Source of the DNA: Deinococcota bacterium
Lineage (GTDB): Bacteria; Deinococcota; Deinococci; Deinococcales; Thermaceae
NCBI GenBank assembly: GCA_041695225.1
Contig: JBGFRI010000002.1
Coordinates: 1-44,071 of the forward strand
Direction of reading: 5' to 3'
DNA: 44,071 nucleotides
This document shows, piece after piece, positions 38,215-44,071 of this stretch (position 1 is the first letter of the stretch; each line of letters opens with the position of its first letter). The translations under genes were made by a program, and so were the position numbers. The notes beneath the pieces were generated by a model. It was not told where the DNA came from and made no database searches. It was given only the letters and a program-made list of their open reading frames with translations.

Positions 38215-39489
38215 ATGACGCTCAGCCAACCGCTCGCCCGCCACATTATCGAGACGCTCGGCGCCGCCGGCATCCCGCCCGAGCGTGGCGTACAACACTT
38301 CAACGTCGGCAACCGTTCGCTGGTCGAAGCGCTCGACGAGTACTACTTCTCCTCGTACCTGCAAGACGGCGGAGCGGCTTTCAAGCTGGTCGTCGGCGAC
38401 TACGGTAGCGGCAAGTCGCATTTTCTTTACTGCCTGCGCGACCTCGCCTGGAGCCGGGGCTTTGCCGTGGTCAAGGTCAACTTAAGCCCCATCGAGACGC
38501 CCTACAACGACCAGAAGCTGGTCTACGCCGCGGTGGCCAGGAACCTCATCTGGCACGAAGAAGCTGAGACCGCGAGCGACGAGTACGGCCTGCCTCGCTT
38601 TCTGGAGGGGAGCCTGTTGCGCTTTGTCGGCAAGCTGAGCCTGGAGACGCTCTCGCACCCCAACTACCGCGGCCTGGTGGACACGCTCGAGGCCACCACG
38701 ATAGACAGCCCGGTCTATCAGGCGGCCGTGCTGGCCTATTTCGAGGCGCTGGTACGGAGCCAGCAGGAGCGCCTGGAATCGCTCTCTCGCTGGCTTTTGG
38801 CCGAAGACACCAGCCCCGACGACACCAAAATCCTGCGCGAGGTCGGTGTCACCGGCAAGATCAGCAAGGCCAACGCCTTTCGCATGCTGCGCTCGCTGGC
38901 GCAGGTGGTCCGGGCGCTCTCTTACAGCGGCCTGTTACTCCTTTTCGACGAAGTAGACCGCATGGCCAGCATCGGTGGCAAGGCCGAAAGGCTCGCCACC
39001 GACAACCTGCGCGAGGTCATCGACCGCTGCCAGGGCGATCTGCCCGGCGCGATGTTCGTCTACGCCGTGCCGCCCCAGTTCTTGAGCGACGTGGTGCCGC
39101 GCTACCCCGCCCTGCAGCAGCGCCTTCGTGCTCCGGGCCGCTTTTCACGGGTCAACCACTTCAGCCCGCAGATTCACCTCGACCAGCTCGACTTAAACGA
39201 AGACCAATTGATGCTCGCCATCGGCGCAAAGCTGGTCCCCATCTTCGAGACGGCCTTTGGCGCCAGCTTAGACGCCAAGACCCAGCAGGCCAACGCCACC
39301 ATTTTAGCCAACGTGGCACGCGACGTGTTTTTGGACATCAGCCACCGCCGCCTCTTCGTCAAGGCCTTCGTTACCGAGCTGGCCCGCCAGCACGCCTCGG
39401 GCGAGCGCCTGTTGAGTGAAGACGAGGCCGTCGCCTTGGTACGGGGCCAGGCCGACGAGCTGCACGGCGCCCCGACGCCACCCTACTAG
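38215..39489 (+). CDS. DUF2791/BrxD-like P-loop ATPase 1
   Basis: G.PP..GVQHFNVG, Walker A FKLVVGDYGSGKSH, GLLLLFDE Walker B, NLREVID and YPALQQRL motifs. Confidence 0.85.
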   Translation: MTLSQPLARHIIETLGAAGIPPERGVQHFNVGNRSLVEALDEYYFSSYLQDGGAAFKLVVGDYGSGKSHFLYCLRDLAWSRGFAVVKVNLSPIETPYNDQKLVYAAVARNLIWHEEAETASDEYGLPRFLEGSLLRFVGKLSLETLSHPNYRGLVDTLEATTIDSPVYQAAVLAYFEALVRSQQERLESLSRWLLAEDTSPDDTKILREVGVTGKISKANAFRMLRSLAQVVRALSYSGLLLLFDEVDRMASIGGKAERLATDNLREVIDRCQGDLPGAMFVYAVPPQFLSDVVPRYPALQQRLRAPGRFSRVNHFSPQIHLDQLDLNEDQLMLAIGAKLVPIFETAFGASLDAKTQQANATILANVARDVFLDISHRRLFVKAFVTELARQHASGERLLSEDEAVALVRGQADELHGAPTPPY

Positions 39490-40862
39490 TGATGATCGGC
39501 GAGCGTGTCGAACACCCCCATTACGGCCGCGGCCAGATAGTAGCCGTCTACAAGGGCGGCAGTGAGTGGATGGTGCGCTTTGACAGCGGCCTGCGCTTTC
39601 GCCGACCAAGGCAGGAGTTCAACGGGCAAAGCGAGGCCGCGACAGCCATCGCCCCTATCCCTGTGGTGCCGGCGGCCCCGCTGCCCAAAGGCCGTTTCGA
39701 GTCGCGCAGCCTGATCGAGGCGCTGCGCTTCGGCGTCGCGCCATCGGCCCACGTGCGCGAGCTGACCGTAGGTCTGGACAAGGAGCGTGAGAACCTGAAG
39801 GCCGCCTTGAACGAAGCCCATGCGAAGGGTGGCGCAGTGCGCGCCATCATCGGCGAATACGGCTACGGCAAGAGCCACCTGGTCGAGCTTGCGGCAGAGG
39901 AAGCGCTGGAGCGCAACTTTCTGGTGGCGAAGACCAGCCTGGACCTGTTGGAGCTGCCCCCCCACCGCGCCTTCGACATCTACCGCAGCCTGGTAAGCAG
40001 CCTGCGCTACCCCGACAGCGATGAACGGGGCCTTGGTCCGCTGCTCGAGGCCGCCGACCATCGTGTGCGCGACCAGCTGGCGGCGCGCGCAGCCCTCTCA
40101 CTCGACCCCTTGCAGCTCGCCTTGACCGCCTTTGCCGAGTCCAGGCAGCGCAAGGCCTGGCAGGCCTGGCTCTCGGGTGGGCGCCGCACCAATGGGATGG
40201 CCAGGCTCGTGCCGCCGGGGCAGAAGTTCCCAAGCCTTTACCAGGTGGGCCACAATGCCCGGCAGATGGCCTACCTTTTGAGCGGCCTGAGCGTTCTGGC
40301 GCGGCTTTGCAACTACAGCGGGCTCTGTGTGCTGATCGACGAAGCCGAGAGCTATTCGCTACTCACGGCTCAACAGCGCCCCAAGGCCGGTCTCTTTTTC
40401 GGTGCGGTGATCTACGCCGCCTTGCAAGAGCGGCAAGATCGCCTGCGCGACAGCGCCTTCCCGCAGCACCGCCGGTGCGACTATCCGCTTGCCTACGGCG
40501 AAGATCAGGCGCTCTTTTTCCTCTTTACTGTGACCCGCGGCGACAATAATTTGCCCCTTGAGGCGTGGCTTACGTCCGAGCAAATACTGGAGCTAAATCC
40601 CCACCACACCCCTCAGGAGATCGGGCAGTTCCTGCAGACCTTGCAGGGCTACCACGCCCAGGCCTATGGCTACGAGCCCGGCGAGCGCCAGGGCCAGATC
40701 CACCACGCCGCCGCCGAGCACCTGGCGCAAGGGATGCGTATGGGCAAGCTGAGCATCCGCGGGGTGGTGCGCTTAGCCGTCGAGCTTTACGACCTGCTCT
40801 ACCTCTACCCGGACTACCAGGTAGCGGAGATGCTTGAGGAGCTACGGCAGCAGCTGCGCTGA
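39489..40862 (+). CDS. DUF2791/BrxD-like P-loop ATPase 2 with N-terminal small beta-barrel-like domain
   Basis: GERVEHPHYGRGQI...VRFD N-terminus, IEALRFGVAP...LTVG, Walker A GEYGYGKSH, GLCVLIDEAE Walker B; start overlaps the preceding stop (TAGTGATG). Confidence 0.83.
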   Translation: MMIGERVEHPHYGRGQIVAVYKGGSEWMVRFDSGLRFRRPRQEFNGQSEAATAIAPIPVVPAAPLPKGRFESRSLIEALRFGVAPSAHVRELTVGLDKERENLKAALNEAHAKGGAVRAIIGEYGYGKSHLVELAAEEALERNFLVAKTSLDLLELPPHRAFDIYRSLVSSLRYPDSDERGLGPLLEAADHRVRDQLAARAALSLDPLQLALTAFAESRQRKAWQAWLSGGRRTNGMARLVPPGQKFPSLYQVGHNARQMAYLLSGLSVLARLCNYSGLCVLIDEAESYSLLTAQQRPKAGLFFGAVIYAALQERQDRLRDSAFPQHRRCDYPLAYGEDQALFFLFTVTRGDNNLPLEAWLTSEQILELNPHHTPQEIGQFLQTLQGYHAQAYGYEPGERQGQIHHAAAEHLAQGMRMGKLSIRGVVRLAVELYDLLYLYPDYQVAEMLEELRQQLR

Positions 40863-41201
40863 ACAGCACTTCGGAAGCTGAGATTTTTAACATCTCCGAG
40901 GCCTATAACTAACATCCGCTCCTCACGCGATAACATCCACCGTCCCTCGATGAGGCGCGAAGTCCGGTTCAACCATTCACTCCTTACCCGCTTGGCTCGA
41001 GCTCATTCGCAGCGTCTATCCGGCCTCCTGTCCTGAGCTTCCGCAACAGTTGCGAAAGGTTGATGAGGCGGTGCAGAGAGCCGCTGGTAGCTGCCGCAAC
41101 CGAAACGCCGCGCTATTCCAGGGAGTCGCGGCAGGTGCCCGACGTACCCGAGTCTTCCCCGACAAATACGGTCGTTATCATGAATATGCTAACATGATTA
41201 T

Positions 41202-41429
41202 ATGGTGCGGACGCAAATTTCCTTAGATGATGAACTTTATCTACGGGCCAAAGAGGTAGCACGGCGCAAGGGCATCTCGTTTGCTGAACTCTGCCGCCGC
41301 AGTCTCGAGCAGACGGTCGCGAGAGAGCCGAGCAAGAAGCCGTGGCTGGTGTTTGCCGGGATGTTTGAAGGCCACGCCAATGACAGCGCCGGCATTGATC
41401 GGGTCGTATACGACCGTGACGCGCCGTGA
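41202..41429 (+). CDS. CopG/RHH antitoxin (VapB-like)
   Basis: MVRTQISLD...ARRKGISFAELCRR. Preceded by TAACAT 6 nt before the ATG and the palindrome ATCATG-N10-CATGAT (41177-41198). Confidence 0.82.
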   Translation: MVRTQISLDDELYLRAKEVARRKGISFAELCRRSLEQTVAREPSKKPWLVFAGMFEGHANDSAGIDRVVYDRDAP

Positions 41430-41593
41430 AGGATGCGGTGTTCCTCGATACTGGCATCTTCGTGGCCTTTTTGAACCGCCGGGATCAGTGGCACGCACAA
41501 GTGGTCGCCCTCTCCAGCGGCACCAAGCCGAACTGGTGTACGTCCGATCACCATCTCAGCCTGACCGGCACTGAAACTCTCCCGCGCTCTTAA
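41426..41593 (+). pseudogene. Internally deleted PIN-domain (VapC) toxin
   Basis: GTGA overlap with the antitoxin. The 55-aa product fuses a PIN N-terminus (VFLDTGIFVAFLNRRDQWH) to a C-terminal-like SDHHLSLTGTETLP; the central region is missing. Confidence 0.8.
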
Positions 41594-41619
41594 GCGGGCT
41601 GCGCTACCAAAACGGCATT

Positions 41620-43650
41620 ATGGAAGCGCGCGCTCTTAAAGCCAGCCTCCCCCACACCTGGCCCGCCTTCTTCGCCGTCCACGGCGCCTTTACCGAGGTG
41701 CAGCTCCGCGCCATCCCGCTGATTTTAGCGGGTCAAGACACGCTGGTGGTGGCAGCCACCGCTTCGGGTAAGACCGAGGCGGCCGTGGCGCCGCTCTTGG
41801 AGCGCCATGTGTTGGGAGCGCGCCATGGCGGCTTGCGGCTCTTATATATCTGCCCGACGCGGGCTCTGGTGCGCGACCTTTACGAGCGTCTGGCCCCGCC
41901 CTTAAGGGCTATGGGCGTCTTGCTGGCGATGAAAAGCGGCGATACCGGGCCGGTGTCGCACCGCCGCCCACCAGCGGTCCTCATCACCACGCCCGAGTCT
42001 ACCGACTCGCTCCTGACGCGCACGCCGCGCCTCTTTGTCAACTTAGCAGCCGTCGTGCTGGACGAAATCCACCTCTTCGACGACAGCGCGCGCGGCGACC
42101 ACCTGCGCTGTTTGTTGCGGCGCCTCGAGATGATCCGCGCTTATGCTGAGCCGAAACGTGCCCCAGCGCAGCGCGTAGCCCTCTCCGCTACGGTTGGGGT
42201 GCCCCAAGCCGTGGCGAGCCGCTATTTGAACGATCCTGCCGTGGTGCAATTGGCGGGCGGGCGGGCCCTCGAGCCTGCCATCGTACCCATATACGACTTG
42301 GACGACTTGGCCGCGGCGCTCTCGCGGCGCGCGGCGCGCAAGACGCTGGTCTTTTGCAACACCCGCCACGAAGTCGAGCAGGTAGCAACCTTTTTGCGCG
42401 CCAGCTTGACCTTCGAAGCGCCGGTCTTCGTGCATTATTCCAACCTGGACCCGGGGCTCAGGCGCGAGGTCGAGGCCCGCTTCGCCGAGGCGAGCGCGGC
42501 GCTCTGTGTAAGCAGTTCGACGCTGGAGTTGGGCATCGACATCGGCAGCATCGACGAGGTGGCGCTCGTCGGCCCACCGCCGACCATCAGTTCGTTCTGG
42601 CAGCGCATCGGCCGGGGCGGGCGGCGGGGAAAGACCACGCGCGTGCTCTGTTTCGCCCGCTCACCGGCCGAGACGCTCCGCTTTGAGGCGCTGCTGGCGC
42701 TGGCGAGTCGCCCTGACGTTGCCACAAGCGCACCCAGCTACCACTTTCGCCCGGCGGTGCTGGTCCAGCAGGTCTTCAGCCTGCTCAAGCAGAGCCCGAC
42801 CGGCGGCCTGCGCCTTGCGGACTTGCGGAGCGTCGCCCCGGACGAAGTAGCCGAAGCCGGCCTGCGGCGAGTGCTCGAGCACCTCGCTGCCACGGGCTAC
42901 CTAACCCCCGGCAGGCCGCGCGAGTGGCGCGCCGGGCCCAAGCTCCATGAGCTCTCAGACGAGCACGAGCTCTACAGCAATATCGGCGGTGAAGAGCTCG
43001 GCGCGACCATCATCGACGTGTACAGTGGTAGGCCCATCGGCCGAGGCGACCGCCCGCGCCGCCAAGGCGAGACGCTGCTGGTGGGCGGGCGCTCGGTCGA
43101 GGTGGCCTGGCAGGATCGCTACCAGGTCGGGGTGCAGCCGGTGCGGGGCGGCATAGACGAGATGATGCGCTTTCACACTGCGCCGGTCGCCATTCCCCTC
43201 GAGGTAGCCCAGGGCGTCGCCGCGCGACTCGGCCTGCAAACGGGGCAGATGCCGTGCCTCCCCGACGACCGGGGCGTGTGGCTCTTTCACTTCTGGGGCG
43301 ACCTTTACGGTGACCTGCTGGCGGCTACTCTGCGCGCCTACTTTACGCCCGAGGGCGAACAAGAGCCTCTAATCGCTGCTTGGAGCGAGTTTTGTCTTTA
43401 CCTGCCCTTCCCCTTGACGGCCTTGCCGCCTTATAACCAGGCTCTCGTCGGAGCGCAGGTCGAGGGGCTGGCCGCTTACTTCGGACACTTTCTGGAACTG
43501 GGCCGCTTTCACGCGCTCTTGCCGCCCGACCTGGCCAGACAGAGCGTCATCGAGCAGCTAAAACTCCCGCGCTTCGAAGCGCTTTACCTGAGCGCAACCT
43601 TGCAGGAGGCTCCGGCCGGGTTGCGGGAGGCGCTGAGAGGGCTGCTTTAG
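41620..43650 (+). CDS. Lhr-like SF2 DEAD/DEAH helicase (BrxHI/SngC-like)
   Basis: Q-motif (TEVQ), ATASGKTEA, PTRAL, TTPES, DEIH, SAT, TLELGIDIG and QRIGRGGR motifs. Confidence 0.9.
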   Translation: MEARALKASLPHTWPAFFAVHGAFTEVQLRAIPLILAGQDTLVVAATASGKTEAAVAPLLERHVLGARHGGLRLLYICPTRALVRDLYERLAPPLRAMGVLLAMKSGDTGPVSHRRPPAVLITTPESTDSLLTRTPRLFVNLAAVVLDEIHLFDDSARGDHLRCLLRRLEMIRAYAEPKRAPAQRVALSATVGVPQAVASRYLNDPAVVQLAGGRALEPAIVPIYDLDDLAAALSRRAARKTLVFCNTRHEVEQVATFLRASLTFEAPVFVHYSNLDPGLRREVEARFAEASAALCVSSSTLELGIDIGSIDEVALVGPPPTISSFWQRIGRGGRRGKTTRVLCFARSPAETLRFEALLALASRPDVATSAPSYHFRPAVLVQQVFSLLKQSPTGGLRLADLRSVAPDEVAEAGLRRVLEHLAATGYLTPGRPREWRAGPKLHELSDEHELYSNIGGEELGATIIDVYSGRPIGRGDRPRRQGETLLVGGRSVEVAWQDRYQVGVQPVRGGIDEMMRFHTAPVAIPLEVAQGVAARLGLQTGQMPCLPDDRGVWLFHFWGDLYGDLLAATLRAYFTPEGEQEPLIAAWSEFCLYLPFPLTALPPYNQALVGAQVEGLAAYFGHFLELGRFHALLPPDLARQSVIEQLKLPRFEALYLSATLQEAPAGLREALRGLL

Positions 43651-43818
43651 CATCGTGGTGCAGAACAACCAGGTCACACAAAAGCCCGGAGGGCTGATTG
43701 ATATCCTCGAGTGTGCCAGCGCCGAGTGAACCGAGCTGATCCGCCTCGAGCCCAACCAGGTGTCGCTCCAGACGGTGGACTACCAGACCTTTGCTAAGGC
43801 ATTGGAGATACTGACGAC

Positions 43819-43953
43819 ATTGCCGACACCTTCACCGCCAGCCTGGCACGACTGATGGGCGGGTAGCAGAAAGCGGTTGAAACCACCACCTTCGACCTGC
43901 AGATGAACCCGGCCCGCCCTGGGCTCAGCTTCCACAAACTGGACCGGGCCAAG
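43819..43953 (+). pseudogene. N-terminal fragment of a UvrD-type helicase with RelE-like N-domain
   Basis: IADTFTASLARLMGG*QKAVETTTFDLQMNPARPGLSFHKLDRAK resembles the N-terminus of island-associated UvrD helicases; in-frame TAG at 43864-43866; truncated. Confidence 0.65.
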
Positions 43954-44071
43954 GTCGAAGCAACCGTCTTGAATGTCAAGTAGCGGGACTGAGCACAAGA
44001 GGGTGTTGCCAGGCAGTATGGGAACGAAGCATGGCGTTTAGGATCACCAAGAGCTTGCGCATGCAGGCCAC

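Noticed and set aside
444..43362. Long antisense or alternate-frame ORFs (e.g. 444-1250, 8500-9246, 9480-10502, 21309-22121, 25277-26017, 28674-29339)
   Set aside because: They are shadow ORFs of well-supported genes in GC-rich DNA and carry no recognisable motifs.
37341..43650. Calling the module canonical BREX or Shango
   Set aside because: No pglX, pglZ or brxC and no TerB-domain gene is recognisable in the window, and the ATPase is duplicated.
1..44071. tRNA, rRNA or intact transposase/integrase genes
   Set aside because: None recognised by eye; a tRNAscan-SE/Rfam run would be needed to be certain.

Overview
GC-rich bacterial chromosomal segment, most likely from a Meiothermus-like member of Deinococcota. 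This assignment is inferred from gene content, many apparently leaderless genes, abundant CTCGAG and heptamer intergenic repeats. Most of the window is housekeeping: pilT-family ATPase, prs, mtnN-luxS, trkAH, rimO, penicillin-acylase-family Ntn hydrolase, RlmI-like methyltransferase, PEGA protein, pgm, lhgO, mscS, plsX, trxA, mutS2, an OmpR/HK two-component pair, desaturase, csp and osmC. Two accessory islands stand out. (1) About 11.85-14.9 kb is an eroded integron: a degenerate intI remnant, an attI-like site, two nuclease-like cassettes with attC sites, a HEPN pseudogene, an aquaporin and an arsC pseudogene. (2) About 34.6-44 kb is a defence-type island: brnT/brnA, then an unknown 287-aa protein, two tandem DUF2791/BrxD-like P-loop ATPases and an Lhr-like SF2 helicase. 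This four-gene module resembles Shango and type 2 BREX brxD-brxHI but lacks TerB and pglX/pglZ in the window, and it is the best candidate for an undescribed system. Also notable are a tandem 42-bp palindromic element inserted in frame in pgm and several genes inactivated by internal deletions. All family assignments come from motif recognition by eye; no database search was run.
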